Counted from the stretch's first letter, positions 42,072-52,801 are shown. The stretch: 64,000 nucleotides of DNA from Spirochaetota bacterium (GCA_963664815.2 CAXXHB010000003.1:4128001-4192000), one strand, 5' to 3'. Notes: a model not told the origin generated them from the sequence alone. A program made the numbers and translations.

Positions 42072-43061
42072 TTAAAACCAATCGTTTTTCAGTATATCAC
42101 GCGTATGATAGGAGATCACCATGTCAGACCCGGCCCTGAAAAATGAAGTCATTATTTCTGTAACCATTTTTCTCTCGTCAATAAATCCCTTCTCAGCCGC
42201 AGCCTTGACCATAGAATATTCACCACTAACATTGTAAGCGCATACCGGCAAAGATGATATCTGTTTTGCCCTGTAAATAATATCCATGTAGGAAAGTGCC
42301 GGTTTCACCATAACAATGTCGGCTCCCTCATCAATATCATACGCAATCTCCTTCTCTGCCTCCCGAGCATTTCTGAAATCCATCTGATAGCTTCTCCTGT
42401 CGCCGAACTGTGGAGCGCTCCCGGCTATATCGCGGAACGGGCCATAAAATGCCGAACAGAATTTCGCCGAATATGCCATTATCGCCGTATCATAGAAGCC
42501 CTGTTCTTCAAGAAGATCTCTTATTGCCGCTACCCTGCCATCCATCATGTCGGAAGGAGCAACAATATCAGCCCCTGCTTTGGCGTGGCTGAGAGCCGTA
42601 CGCGCCAGTAGTTCAATCGTCGGATCATTCAGTACTCGCCCCCTCTCCACGATTCCGCAATGTCCATGATCAGTAAATTCACAGAGGCATACGTCAGTTA
42701 TAACAAGAAGCCGGCCTTCGAATTCCTTCCTTATTTTACGAATTGCCTTCTGTACTATCCCGTTTTCAGAATAAGCTTCCGAACCAACGGCATCTTTATG
42801 GTCTGGAATTCCAAAAAGAAGAATGGATCTTACTCCCGATTTTATATCTGTATCAAGATCCCTCATAAGGTTATCAATACTGACTCTCTCAATCCCGGGC
42901 ATTGAGTCAAATCCGTCACGAATACCTGTTCCCTCAGTAACAAAATACGGCATAATAAGCTTATTGCTGTCAGGGCGCGTTTCTGAAACGAGATCTCTTA
43001 TAATGTCACCTGTTCTAAGACGTCTTGCTCTCTCTATCATTCTTCTGCTCCATTTTTCCAT
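42072..43061 (-). CDS. hemB: Porphobilinogen synthase
   Basis: DVCLCEFTDHGHCG, APSDMMDG, FYGPFRD, MVKP, YNVSGEY; start may be 43040. Confidence 0.97.
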   Translation of the reverse strand: MEKWSRRMIERARRLRTGDIIRDLVSETRPDSNKLIMPYFVTEGTGIRDGFDSMPGIERVSIDNLMRDLDTDIKSGVRSILLFGIPDHKDAVGSEAYSENGIVQKAIRKIRKEFEGRLLVITDVCLCEFTDHGHCGIVERGRVLNDPTIELLARTALSHAKAGADIVAPSDMMDGRVAAIRDLLEEQGFYDTAIMAYSAKFCSAFYGPFRDIAGSAPQFGDRRSYQMDFRNAREAEKEIAYDIDEGADIVMVKPALSYMDIIYRAKQISSLPVCAYNVSGEYSMVKAAAEKGFIDERKMVTEIMTSFFRAGSDMVISYHTRDILKNDWF

Positions 43062-43189
43062 AATAATAGGATGTAATATGGAAAGTTATTTCATTTATTC
43101 TTTTTAAAACCTGCAGGTATATACTAAATTAAAGCTGATTTTATTACAAATATTTTTTAACAGGATGAGGGGTGAGATTTACAGGTAAC

Positions 43190-44374
43190 TTATGCTTCTT
43201 CCGGCTGAGAAACAACCATAAAAATAGAATCTCCGTCGTTCAGTCTTGTCTTTTCAGTAAAATATTGTTCGGCTGATTCAGGTGCCACATAGCAGGCAGC
43301 CCCGATAAAAATATTTTCCTTTATATAATTATTTTTTCCTATAAGAGTGATACTTGAATTAAGTATATTCGGGAAATCATTATTTTTTATAAACTTCTCT
43401 TCGTTGCCGATTCTGCAATTTTTCCCCACATTATAACGTTTAGCATCGACTATAGTGGTCTCATCAACTATGGAGTTAATAATTCTTGCACCGGAACCAA
43501 TCTTCACAAATGGCAGAATTATTGAGTCAATAACAACTGCACCCTCATCAATATCAACACAGGGGAATATAATGCTGTTTTCAACCTTCCCGTTGATATA
43601 ACAATAGTCGGAGATAAATGAATTTTTTACCGAGCATTTTTCATCAAGCAAGGCAAAGCGGTTTGATTTAATGTTGCTCTTAATAATTTTTTCCCTGATC
43701 AGAGCATCAGAAATTTCTTTGTTCCAGACTATCTCTCTGTTAAGTGCATAATATTCAGTAACACTATTAATCGGCCAGTAATATGCATCAAGTGTTGTTG
43801 AATTGATTCCTGTATGAATTAAAGCATTTATCATCATTTCAAAAATATTTAGTGACCGGCTTTTTTCCCTGATGGCTTTTTTAATAAGGGAGATCAGTGT
43901 CTTTTTATCGCATATTAAAACCTTATATGCCATGGAAGCTTTATCATTAATTTTAAGCTTAACGAGCAATGCTTTTTTTCTTGATGCTTTGAATTTTTCA
44001 AACACTGCAGACAGGTTAATTATAGATGGATTATCACCATTATATAAAACGAAATATGAAGTTTCAGTGCCGATTAATACCTCCAGTATCGATTCTAGCC
44101 TGGAGGTATTAAAAGGGTAAACTGAAATTTTATGAGAATTACTACCGGCTGACTCAGTAGTATATTCGTCGAGATATTTCTGCAGCTCCTCTTCATCTGT
44201 GCTGAAAATTATCGTTTCTTTTGCATGAGAGGATACTGAATTCCGGATAGTAAAATCTACAACTCTGAATCTGCCACCTATAGGGAGCATATACCTCGAT
44301 CTTGAATCTGTTAGAGACAGCAGATTATCGCTCTTTGGTGTTGGATAAGATAATATTGTAAATCCGCTCATCAT
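43190..44374 (-). CDS. GlgC/GlgD-like protein (ADP-glucose pyrophosphorylase-like)
   Basis: LT..R....LPIGGRFRVVDF...N and a C-terminal hexapeptide beta-helix; lacks GGxGxRL. Confidence 0.7.
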   Translation of the reverse strand: MMSGFTILSYPTPKSDNLLSLTDSRSRYMLPIGGRFRVVDFTIRNSVSSHAKETIIFSTDEEELQKYLDEYTTESAGSNSHKISVYPFNTSRLESILEVLIGTETSYFVLYNGDNPSIINLSAVFEKFKASRKKALLVKLKINDKASMAYKVLICDKKTLISLIKKAIREKSRSLNIFEMMINALIHTGINSTTLDAYYWPINSVTEYYALNREIVWNKEISDALIREKIIKSNIKSNRFALLDEKCSVKNSFISDYCYINGKVENSIIFPCVDIDEGAVVIDSIILPFVKIGSGARIINSIVDETTIVDAKRYNVGKNCRIGNEEKFIKNNDFPNILNSSITLIGKNNYIKENIFIGAACYVAPESAEQYFTEKTRLNDGDSIFMVVSQPEEA

Positions 44375-44664
44375 TACTTCCGTGACAAAATATTTTCAGT
44401 CTTTATTCCTTAACTTTTGATAAAAAACATTTACTACTCCGAAAATTATTTCAACGGGGTAATACAATATTTTTAAAATTAAAATATGTTTTTAAGCTTT
44501 TTTTAATATACCGAAAAAATCAATTAAAAAAAATCAAATATAAATTTAAGGATATACCAACCACCTCTGTGCAATTAACCCATACATTTCACGACATATT
44601 GTACAGTTTATACCAGCAAATGAAGAACATATGGGAAAATATAAATCGAACCCAGTTTAAAAAT

Positions 44665-45660
44665 TTAATACTTCCTGAAAGAAGAGGATTTTTTAAAAAA
44701 CTCATGAAAAAGATTTTTTTCAAGCTGAAGAAGCCTGTTCTTTATCTGGTCGCTGTTTTCCTTGTTTATAATCTGATGTTCATAATAATCATAAAGCCAG
44801 AGGTATTTATTAATAATACGGGGGAGGATATTCGTGGCTTCAATATCATCGCTGTTCATCCTGCGAAAACTGTTTTCAAGATTGAAAACTTCCCGTTTAA
44901 GCGATTCAATCTGGTGCTTGTTCAGGTTTCTTCTTACATAAAAAATATCGGTTAGAAAACCGTACACTGGAATCCATTCCCTTACATCCCTGACATTTCT
45001 GCCGCTATCCCTTATGACTTCAATGATATCAATTATCGGTTTGGCCTCAATCAACATCAGATCAATCTGCGAGGGATCAATCTGGAACGCCTCCCTCATA
45101 TACAAAAGACATTTGGGAATATCATCCAAGTGATAATAGGATTCACCGAGTATAAAAAGAAGTTTAGCGTTGCTCTGATACGAGGTCATCGCATATTCTA
45201 ATGTTTCTATCGCAAACTTATATTCTTTCAACCTCAGAAAACATTCACCAAGATTTATCAGGAGGTCAAATTTATTATTGGTATCCTCATTATGTTGGAA
45301 AGCTAACTTGTAATGTTCGGCAGCCTTGAAGAATATATACTTCATCGCCGACCTGTACGCCGAGGAGGACTTCATTTCTTTATAAGAGGCATAATCCTCA
45401 AACGAATTCCATTCCTCCATAAGGAAATCAGCCGCCTTCTTCCCCTCGCTGGTTTTCTTTATCGCCTTTTCTCTGTTTGCCCAGAACTTGGCAGTTCTGT
45501 ATGCCTCAATTATACCAGGGTAATCAGGATTTAAATTCATCAGTTGATCTGATTTTTGTATTGCTTCCCCGAATTTTCCTTCGGAGATTAACTGGTATAT
45601 CTCGGCGCTTTCACGCATCAGTGGATCATCGGGGAATGTCATCTGTCCGTTATTATCCAT
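44665..45660 (-). CDS. Tetratricopeptide-repeat protein
   Basis: TPR-like helices (LLINLGECFL...AIETLEYA; LLFILGESYY...REAFQIDP). Confidence 0.8.
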   Translation of the reverse strand: MDNNGQMTFPDDPLMRESAEIYQLISEGKFGEAIQKSDQLMNLNPDYPGIIEAYRTAKFWANREKAIKKTSEGKKAADFLMEEWNSFEDYASYKEMKSSSAYRSAMKYIFFKAAEHYKLAFQHNEDTNNKFDLLINLGECFLRLKEYKFAIETLEYAMTSYQSNAKLLFILGESYYHLDDIPKCLLYMREAFQIDPSQIDLMLIEAKPIIDIIEVIRDSGRNVRDVREWIPVYGFLTDIFYVRRNLNKHQIESLKREVFNLENSFRRMNSDDIEATNILPRIINKYLWLYDYYEHQIINKENSDQIKNRLLQLEKNLFHEFFKKSSSFRKY

Positions 45661-45664
45661 GGCA

Positions 45665-47689
45665 TTAGAGAGTAATCAGGTTTCCTTTAATATCCGGCGC
45701 GTCACCGGGAACTATTAATACAACCTGCCTTCCGTTGAAAAATTCAGGTAATAATTTTTTCATATTCTCCGCAAATTCATTATCAGAAGAAAAAGGATCA
45801 ATTAAAAAAAACGGCGGGATGTAATCTCCTGAAAGCATTTCAGAGAATGCCGCTTTTATTGAAAAAGATATATATTTTTTTATTTCTTTATGTTCATTTT
45901 TTAAATTTCCATTCTCCAGTATAAGGATATTAATTGCGTTTTCAATATCATCCTTTATAAATGAATCACCTGTTAGCTTTAAAAATTTTTCATAAGTCAG
46001 ACGGGAAAGCTTCATAAGTTTTTCTCTGCTCCACTCTTCAGTGGTTTCTTCAAAAACAGTATTCAGAAATTTAATATGCTCTATCCTTTCGCAGCACATG
46101 TCGATCTGCTTTAATGTCTCTTCGAGTTTCAGTTCCACGGAGGAGGAGCTGTTTTCCTGTTTATCAAATTCTTCAATTTCCGCTTCAAATTTTTCTATCA
46201 GGGATTTTTTTTCATTTATTTCAGCATTGTTCTCATCAAAGAGTTCATCAATGTCATGAACTGTCCTGCTTATAGAATTAAGCTCTGGGCGAGGATGTAT
46301 AGAAAGATCAAGATTTTCAATCGCTACCCTGATACTGTTGTCAATACTTTCAATCTCGTCATTGATCTGGCCAAGCTTCTTTTCTTTTTCAATTAACGTA
46401 GTGGAGTTGGCTATTTTCTTTTTCAGATCCATCAGTTCATAAGTGATGTCCCTGTAATTTATAAAATCCTCAAAATACTGAAACAGGATTTCGTAAAGTT
46501 CACCTGTTTTATAATCATCAACCGAGAAACTGTTTTTTTTAAAAAGGTCAATAAGATCATTTTCCATTTTCTTTTTCTGCTCAAGAAGTTCGGCAGGCTG
46601 TATATTCCTGAATTTGAAATAATACAGTAAAGAGGTTAATCCAGCAATAGCAGCTGCCACTCCGGCAGTCATTCCAAGAGTATATGACGCAGTCGATGTA
46701 AACAACAGAAATAAAAAAGCCGTGAAGGAAAAAATTATCATAGAAACTATTATTTTTATAATCCAGCCTTTGTAATTCTTTTTTTTAAGATTGTATTTAT
46801 CAAGTTTTTCATTAATATCCCTGAATGCATTAAAAGATTCCTGTATCTGTTCCAGATCCGGGATTTGATCGTTACCCTTCCCGGAAAAATGTGAGAATTT
46901 TTCTTTTAATACTTTTTCAACAGATGTTATTTTTTCTTTAATTTCCCTTAATTCAATTAAGTCTTTTTTCAGATTGTTGATTTTTGAAGACAACTTGTTT
47001 CTGTTATCGATTTGCATATTAATTTCATCAAGTGACATTTTATACTTATTAATGGATTCTTTTCTTTTTTCAAGTTTATGAACAATACGATCTGTTAAGT
47101 GAATCTCTTTTTGCAGTTTCACTTTTTTCATCTTTTTTAATTCCAGCAGCTGTTTCTCCCTATTAATATCCGTCAGCACTTTTTCCTGATTTTGCAGCAA
47201 TATCTCTCTATTCTCAAAATAAGGAAACCCGATATTGTGGATTTCATTATTAATTAATAGAGTTTTCAGTCTTTTATTTAAAAAGACAGGATCTTCATCT
47301 TTATGAATCAGCACGGGATAATAATATGACGAGGTCATGAAATCAGCATAATTACAGATTTTCCGGCTTTTCAGTGAATCTGATATTTCATCTATTTTCA
47401 GATGATCAATGGATGTTTCTAAATCAGCATCTGTCGGAATGCCGCTCGCGGAATTCAATCTGTTTTTATTTACCGGCGTATCAGGTGAAAAGTTTATTTT
47501 GCATGAAATATTTTTTGTTATGTAATCAGTCTTATCATACTCCAGCTTGTAAATTCCAAGTTCGGGAATCTGTTTAAAAACATTAAAAAGTTCCATATCC
47601 TGTATTGATATGATATTTAGATCTTCACTGAATTCAATTTTCAGGCTTTCAATTTCGGAAGAAGAGATCTCAAGATTTAAAAGTCGCAA
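45665..47689 (-). CDS. Rad50/SbcC/YhaN-like coiled-coil protein with central TM hairpin; ATPase motifs degenerate
   Basis: N-terminus MRLLNLEI...IEFSEDLNII, long coiled coils, two TMs, C-terminal PPFFLIDPF...RQVVL; no GKS/T. Confidence 0.7.
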   Translation of the reverse strand: MRLLNLEISSSEIESLKIEFSEDLNIISIQDMELFNVFKQIPELGIYKLEYDKTDYITKNISCKINFSPDTPVNKNRLNSASGIPTDADLETSIDHLKIDEISDSLKSRKICNYADFMTSSYYYPVLIHKDEDPVFLNKRLKTLLINNEIHNIGFPYFENREILLQNQEKVLTDINREKQLLELKKMKKVKLQKEIHLTDRIVHKLEKRKESINKYKMSLDEINMQIDNRNKLSSKINNLKKDLIELREIKEKITSVEKVLKEKFSHFSGKGNDQIPDLEQIQESFNAFRDINEKLDKYNLKKKNYKGWIIKIIVSMIIFSFTAFLFLLFTSTASYTLGMTAGVAAAIAGLTSLLYYFKFRNIQPAELLEQKKKMENDLIDLFKKNSFSVDDYKTGELYEILFQYFEDFINYRDITYELMDLKKKIANSTTLIEKEKKLGQINDEIESIDNSIRVAIENLDLSIHPRPELNSISRTVHDIDELFDENNAEINEKKSLIEKFEAEIEEFDKQENSSSSVELKLEETLKQIDMCCERIEHIKFLNTVFEETTEEWSREKLMKLSRLTYEKFLKLTGDSFIKDDIENAINILILENGNLKNEHKEIKKYISFSIKAAFSEMLSGDYIPPFFLIDPFSSDNEFAENMKKLLPEFFNGRQVVLIVPGDAPDIKGNLITL

Positions 47690-48786
47690 AGTACAACCTC
47701 CTCTTTCTTCCCGTTCGATTTTTTTTGAGACAGCACATCTGCAATTATTTCTCTTCTGATTTTCTCATCAGGCATAACGCTTATCCGTTCACTCAATATC
47801 CGAAAAAAAGAACCTTTCAATGAATCGTTCTTTATATTCTCTTCTATCATTACCTTCAGAGAAGAGGAAGATGTATCGATGATTTTCAATCCTCTGAGGT
47901 AACCAGCTAGTTCGGTTTTAAAATTATTCTCTATAATAAAATCCCGTTCACCTGTAAGAGTTATAAATACAATACTTTGATTGGGATAAGTTGATCTGAT
48001 TTTTTCATTAAGGCTATTCTCATTAATAAGCGTACCACAATCAATCTCATCACTAAGTATTTTACCGGTATTTACAGCAATTCTTTTAAAATTATTAAGT
48101 GTATTTTCCTCCACTTCAAAAGATACAACAAACCTGTCACCACTTTCGTTAATTGAACATGGCTCCGGACTCCCCGGGTATGCTCCGAGAATCTTATTTG
48201 CTAACCTGAATAACTTAAAATTATGATTTTTACCCAGGGCGTAAAAATCAAGATTCATCTTTTTAATATCATCTTTTTTTATACAATTTCTGTCAGGTTT
48301 TCCTCCATTCTGCGGATTAAAATCCGTATAAAACAAACCTATATGAAAACCACTGCTATCTGCCCGTTCAATATTCCATTCTTTATTTGAACTGTTGCTC
48401 TGTAGACCGTAAATATAAATATCACCCAGGGAAGATTTAACATAATATTGACTTTTATCATCAGAGAATACAAACGTTGCGCCTATATCCTTTATCTCCG
48501 GGTTTACCCTGTTACTGGGTGTTAATTCTCCCAAACCGGGTGTATAAAATATCTCCTTGCCAGCTTCCTTTAAAGCAGAAAACTCTTCTTTCAGCTCCTT
48601 ATAATATTTTCCTTCGATATTTTCATCTTGAATTAAATCCCCGGCAATAAGCAGGATATCATGTTTATGCGCAAGAGAAAATATTCTCTTTAATGTATTC
48701 AGTCTCTCATCTCCGGAAATCAATGAATTTAATCTTTCCATTCCTAAATGAATATCTGAGATAAGAAGTATTTTTATTTTTCCCAT
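47677..48786 (-). CDS. Mre11/SbcD/YhaO-like metallophosphoesterase (degenerate)
   Basis: SDIHLG, IAGDL, DFYALG..H, YPGSPE motifs; GNHD replaced by GLGE. Confidence 0.8.
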   Translation of the reverse strand: MGKIKILLISDIHLGMERLNSLISGDERLNTLKRIFSLAHKHDILLIAGDLIQDENIEGKYYKELKEEFSALKEAGKEIFYTPGLGELTPSNRVNPEIKDIGATFVFSDDKSQYYVKSSLGDIYIYGLQSNSSNKEWNIERADSSGFHIGLFYTDFNPQNGGKPDRNCIKKDDIKKMNLDFYALGKNHNFKLFRLANKILGAYPGSPEPCSINESGDRFVVSFEVEENTLNNFKRIAVNTGKILSDEIDCGTLINENSLNEKIRSTYPNQSIVFITLTGERDFIIENNFKTELAGYLRGLKIIDTSSSSLKVMIEENIKNDSLKGSFFRILSERISVMPDEKIRREIIADVLSQKKSNGKKEEVVLCDF

Positions 48787-49026
48787 GTAAGATTTATGCT
48801 CTCAATAGTGTTTATAAAAATTTTTACATTTCTGTGTATAGTATAATTTATAATTTGTCGATAAAAAAAAACAATTACCTGATATAAAGATAATAAATTC
48901 AATCTGTTTCAAAAGCCAGCAGCAAACCTGTACATAAAATTTATTTTATAAACTATCTGTGTTATTTTATTGACAAATACAGTAAAAAAGCAAGGTTACT
49001 TAAAATTATAATACTTTTTATTAACC

Positions 49027-49154
49027 ATTAGTATTTTCAGCAGCCCTAAAAAAGACAGTGTTTTCGCATCTGCCGGACACCCGTTACGACGTGTTCAATG
49101 CATCGCCGTAGCACTTATAAAGGGATTTATAAGCCTTGGTCCTGTAAAACTGAT
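49027..49154. ncRNA. Candidate structured RNA (6S-like long irregular hairpin)
   Basis: Pairings by eye: 49027-40 with 49142-54, 49057-62 with 49110-15, 49075-80 with 49091-96, with a central unpaired region. Confidence 0.3.
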
Positions 49155-49298
49155 TTATTGATACTACCTAATAATAGATCAAATACAGAGGGTAATTATT
49201 CCAAAGTTCCTTATAGAATAGCGGAAATTAATGAATTGATTTTAAAATATTGTTAACTGATTAACAATATAATATTATATTTTAGTATGTGAGTATAT

Positions 49299-50330
49299 AT
49301 GAATAGTGATAAAGACAATAACAAGATTAATGAAGAGGTTGAATTTACATATTTTAAGCCTGTAAAGAGACTCGTTCTTATTTTTTTCATAGGTTTTTCT
49401 GTTTACCTTTTCATTTCCACCATGATGCTTATTTTTTTGACAAAGTCTTCTCCTGAGGTAAAAATACCGGATATTATCGGTAAAAGATTTGTTGATGTAA
49501 GCAACAGCTTAACAAGAAAAGGTCTCCGTACAGAGCTTAAATTTGTTGATGTTTATGATATAGAAGATGGAGTAATCCTCAATCAGTATCCCGAAAGCGG
49601 GAGAATAGCACTTGAGGATAGTAAAATAACACTTACCATAAGCAGAAGCAAATTCTTTATAGATGTTCCAAATCTCATCGGTTCACAACTCCCTATAGCC
49701 ATTAACAAACTTAAAAATCTTCACTATCAGGATAAATCTGTATCAATAAGTACTGGAGTTATCTCTTATATTCCTTCTGATAAAACAGCATCAAATGTAA
49801 TAATTGACCAGTCTCCAAAAGCGGGAACAAAAATCTCTCCCGAGGTTAAGATAAATTTTCTTGTTTCAAGCGGTCCTACTGGAGCTGATAAAAATATGCC
49901 GGATATTACAGGTCAGTCTATTGATCTATGTTATGACCTTCTCCTGTCAAAAGGTGTAGTGGTTAACCAGGATATTGTTAAAACAGACGATATAAATAAA
50001 AGCGGGCTTATAAACACTCAAAGCATTCCTGCAGGAACATTGCTCAAGGATAGCGATATTGTAACTATATCTGTTAATTATTATACACTTACTGAGCATC
50101 CTTACACTGCATACGAACTTATTGAGTATATAATTCCCTCTGATCAGGCACAAGGTCTTTATGAAGTTTATATTGAAGATAACCACTCAAAACGTATAAG
50201 ATTCTCATCACCTTCTGGTCCCGGACAGAAGATAAGATTTCTCTTCCAGAGAATTGGCAACGCAAAGATTTATATTAACAGGGATAAAAAAAATATCAGG
50301 GTGTTGAGTATTAATGCCAACAGGTTCTAA
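49299..50330 (+). CDS. PASTA domain protein
   Basis: N-terminal TM, three VP.LIG....A...L / V..Q.P..G repeats. Confidence 0.88.
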   Translation: MNSDKDNNKINEEVEFTYFKPVKRLVLIFFIGFSVYLFISTMMLIFLTKSSPEVKIPDIIGKRFVDVSNSLTRKGLRTELKFVDVYDIEDGVILNQYPESGRIALEDSKITLTISRSKFFIDVPNLIGSQLPIAINKLKNLHYQDKSVSISTGVISYIPSDKTASNVIIDQSPKAGTKISPEVKINFLVSSGPTGADKNMPDITGQSIDLCYDLLLSKGVVVNQDIVKTDDINKSGLINTQSIPAGTLLKDSDIVTISVNYYTLTEHPYTAYELIEYIIPSDQAQGLYEVYIEDNHSKRIRFSSPSGPGQKIRFLFQRIGNAKIYINRDKKNIRVLSINANRF

Positions 50331-50991
50331 AAATATAATAATATCACCCTCCATTATTGCGGGTGACCTTTCTACAATTGGAAAAGACGTAGCAGGTTTT
50401 GATCCATTAACAATAGACTTACTTCATATGGATGTTATGGATGGTAATTTTGTTCCAAATCTTACATTTGGCCCAGGTTTTATTAACGACTTAAAAAAAC
50501 ATACAGATATTCCTCTGGATATTCATCTTATGATTGAAAAACCGGAGAATTCCCTGGAGCGATATATTGAACTTTTACCTGAATATATTGTTATACATTA
50601 CGAAAGCACAAGGTTCCCAGCAAGAAGTCTGAAGCTCATAAGTGAAAACGGGATTAAACCAGGCATAGCATTAAATCCTGCCACTCCGATTGAAGCTGTT
50701 TTTGATCTTATTGAATATTGCAATATGATACTTATTATGTCAGTCGATCCCGGTTTTTATGGCCAGTCCTTCATGAAAGGTTCCATTTCTAGAATTGAAA
50801 AACTGAAAGAATGTCTTGTTTCATCCGACTATACCAATATAAAAATACAGGTTGACGGGGGGATTAGTGAATTAAATATTAGAGATGTTGTCTCCGCCGG
50901 AGCGGATGTTATTGTTGCCGGAAGCTCACTCTTTAAAGGAGGAGATGTTAACGGGAATGCTGTAAAGTTAAAAAATGTAGCAGCCGGATAA
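50314..50991 (+). CDS. rpe: Ribulose-phosphate 3-epimerase
   Basis: HMDVMDGNFVPNLTFG, DIHLM, MSVDPGF.GQ, VDGG. Confidence 0.96.
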   Translation: MPTGSKNIIISPSIIAGDLSTIGKDVAGFDPLTIDLLHMDVMDGNFVPNLTFGPGFINDLKKHTDIPLDIHLMIEKPENSLERYIELLPEYIVIHYESTRFPARSLKLISENGIKPGIALNPATPIEAVFDLIEYCNMILIMSVDPGFYGQSFMKGSISRIEKLKECLVSSDYTNIKIQVDGGISELNIRDVVSAGADVIVAGSSLFKGGDVNGNAVKLKNVAAG

Positions 50992-51060
50992 TTAATGTTG
51001 ACAAAAAAATAAGGGTTAAAAATAATTTACACCCTAACTATATCAAAAGAGGTGGGTTAA

Positions 51061-51324
51061 GTGTCGGTTAAAATTCGATTACAGAGAGTAGGAACAAAGA
51101 AAAAACCATTCTATAGAGTGGCTGCTACAGATAGCAGAAAAAAGAGAGATGGTGATGTGATAGAGTACATAGGGAAATATCAGCCGATTATTACCGATAA
51201 ACAATTTGTTGTTGACGAAGAAAAAGTATTAAAATGGCTCAATCTGGGCGCACAACCTACAGATACTATTAAAGAACTGCTGAAAAAAGAAGGGATCTGG
51301 CAAAAGTTTACAAGCACTAAATAA
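51061..51324 (+). CDS. rpsP: 30S ribosomal protein S16
   Basis: [16 protein letters not shown]...DSR..RDG; GAQPTDT. Confidence 0.97.
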   Translation: MSVKIRLQRVGTKKKPFYRVAATDSRKKRDGDVIEYIGKYQPIITDKQFVVDEEKVLKWLNLGAQPTDTIKELLKKEGIWQKFTSTK

Positions 51325-51341
51325 ACTATCAGGAGACGCTA

Positions 51342-51578
51342 ATGAATTACAGTGAGCTTGTAGGTTATATGGTAAAATCTCTTGTGGATCATCCCGATCA
51401 GGTTGAAATAAGAGAAATTGAAGGCGAAAAATCAACAATTCTTGAACTGAAAGTGATAAAAGAGGATATTGGAAAAGTTATAGGAAAGCATGGAAGAATT
51501 GCCCGAGCTATAAGAACAATTATAAATGCCTCTGCCACAAAATCCGGGAAAAGAGTTGTACTGGAAATTCTTGATTGA
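51342..51578 (+). CDS. khpA: KH-domain RNA-binding protein KhpA
   Basis: LVD.PD.V, DIGKVIGKHGRIARAIR; between rpsP and rimM. Confidence 0.92.
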   Translation: MNYSELVGYMVKSLVDHPDQVEIREIEGEKSTILELKVIKEDIGKVIGKHGRIARAIRTIINASATKSGKRVVLEILD

Positions 51579-52108
51579 TCCCTGAAAATAATTATCTGAG
51601 AATAGCTAAAATTAAAAGTGCCCATAGCCTTGACGGGAAACTTAAAATTTATGTCATATCCGATATTGCTGAAAGGTTTAAAGAAGGAAACTCTGTTTTT
51701 CTGAAAATTAAAGAAGAATACAGAAAATTTAAAATACTCAGTTTCAACCCCGTGAAGAAAAGAATTGCCCTAATTAAACTTGAGGGTATAAACGACAGGA
51801 ATAGTGCGGAATTATTCAATGGTGTTGAAATTTATATTGATAAAACTACTGCCGAAAGTATCAGACCTGAACTTGATAATGATACTTTCTTTTATCAGGA
51901 TATCATTGGTTGCAAAGTGACGTATAACGGCAGTGATTTTGGTACAGTTGCAGATATATTTGAAGGTGGTTCAGGCGACCTTCTTGTAATTGATGATAAA
52001 AAAGGGGAAACTGTTCTCATCCCGTTTGTTGAAGAGATGGTTAATACATCTAAAATTGCGGATAAGATTATTGAGATAACACCCGTCGAGGGATTGCTTG
52101 ATTATTAG
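51575..52108 (+). CDS. rimM: Ribosome maturation factor RimM
   Basis: H.L.G.LK, GI.DR..AE, FF..DIIG, LIPFV; gene context. Confidence 0.92.
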   Translation: MIPENNYLRIAKIKSAHSLDGKLKIYVISDIAERFKEGNSVFLKIKEEYRKFKILSFNPVKKRIALIKLEGINDRNSAELFNGVEIYIDKTTAESIRPELDNDTFFYQDIIGCKVTYNGSDFGTVADIFEGGSGDLLVIDDKKGETVLIPFVEEMVNTSKIADKIIEITPVEGLLDY

Positions 52109-52796
52109 GATTTATACGCTTTTCCCGGATTTCTTCCATTCACCTTTTAAATCAGGGTTAATGGGAAAAGCTGTTGAGTCTGGAATAATAGAATTTAATA
52201 TCATTGATATAAGGAATTATTCGAAAGACAAATTCAAAAGATGTGATGATTATCCTTATGGCGGCGGATCGGGGATGGTACTGATGCCATCTCCACTTTT
52301 TGAAGCAATTGAGGCAAATGAATCCGGGGAATCATGTATTTTATACACCTCCCCTTCAGGAACTACTCTTACACAGAATATTGTTAAGGAACTCGGAACC
52401 AGTGCAGAGATTTCAATAATCTGCGGACATTATGAAGGGATTGACCAGAGAGTAATTGATAAGTTTGCCAATAAAGAAATTTCAATTGGAGATTATGTTT
52501 TATCCGGCGGTGAATTTGCCGCTTTAGTAATTACGGATGCTGTCGCAAGGTATATACCAGGATTTATGTCCAATAAAGATTCACTTCTTGAAGAAAGCTT
52601 TGAATCTGATCTTCTGGAATATTCTCATTATACCAGGCCCTCACAATTCAGAGGAATGAGAGTACCTGAAGTTTTAATTGAAGGTGATCATAAAAAAATT
52701 GCAGATTGGCGGCATCAGATGAGAGTGAAAAAGACTAAGGGCGTCAGGCCTGATCTTTATAAAAAATATCTTATGAGATTAATATTAGGGGAGTGA
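52098..52796 (+). CDS. trmD: tRNA (guanine37-N1)-methyltransferase
   Basis: [36 protein letters not shown]. Confidence 0.97.
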   Translation: MIIRIYTLFPDFFHSPFKSGLMGKAVESGIIEFNIIDIRNYSKDKFKRCDDYPYGGGSGMVLMPSPLFEAIEANESGESCILYTSPSGTTLTQNIVKELGTSAEISIICGHYEGIDQRVIDKFANKEISIGDYVLSGGEFAALVITDAVARYIPGFMSNKDSLLEESFESDLLEYSHYTRPSQFRGMRVPEVLIEGDHKKIADWRHQMRVKKTKGVRPDLYKKYLMRLILGE

Positions 52797-52801
52797 CCGA
52801 A

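Noticed and set aside
44665-48786. Possible anti-phage nuclease/SMC defence system
   Set aside because: Catalytic motifs are degenerate, there is no defence-island or mobile context, and the locus sits among core genes
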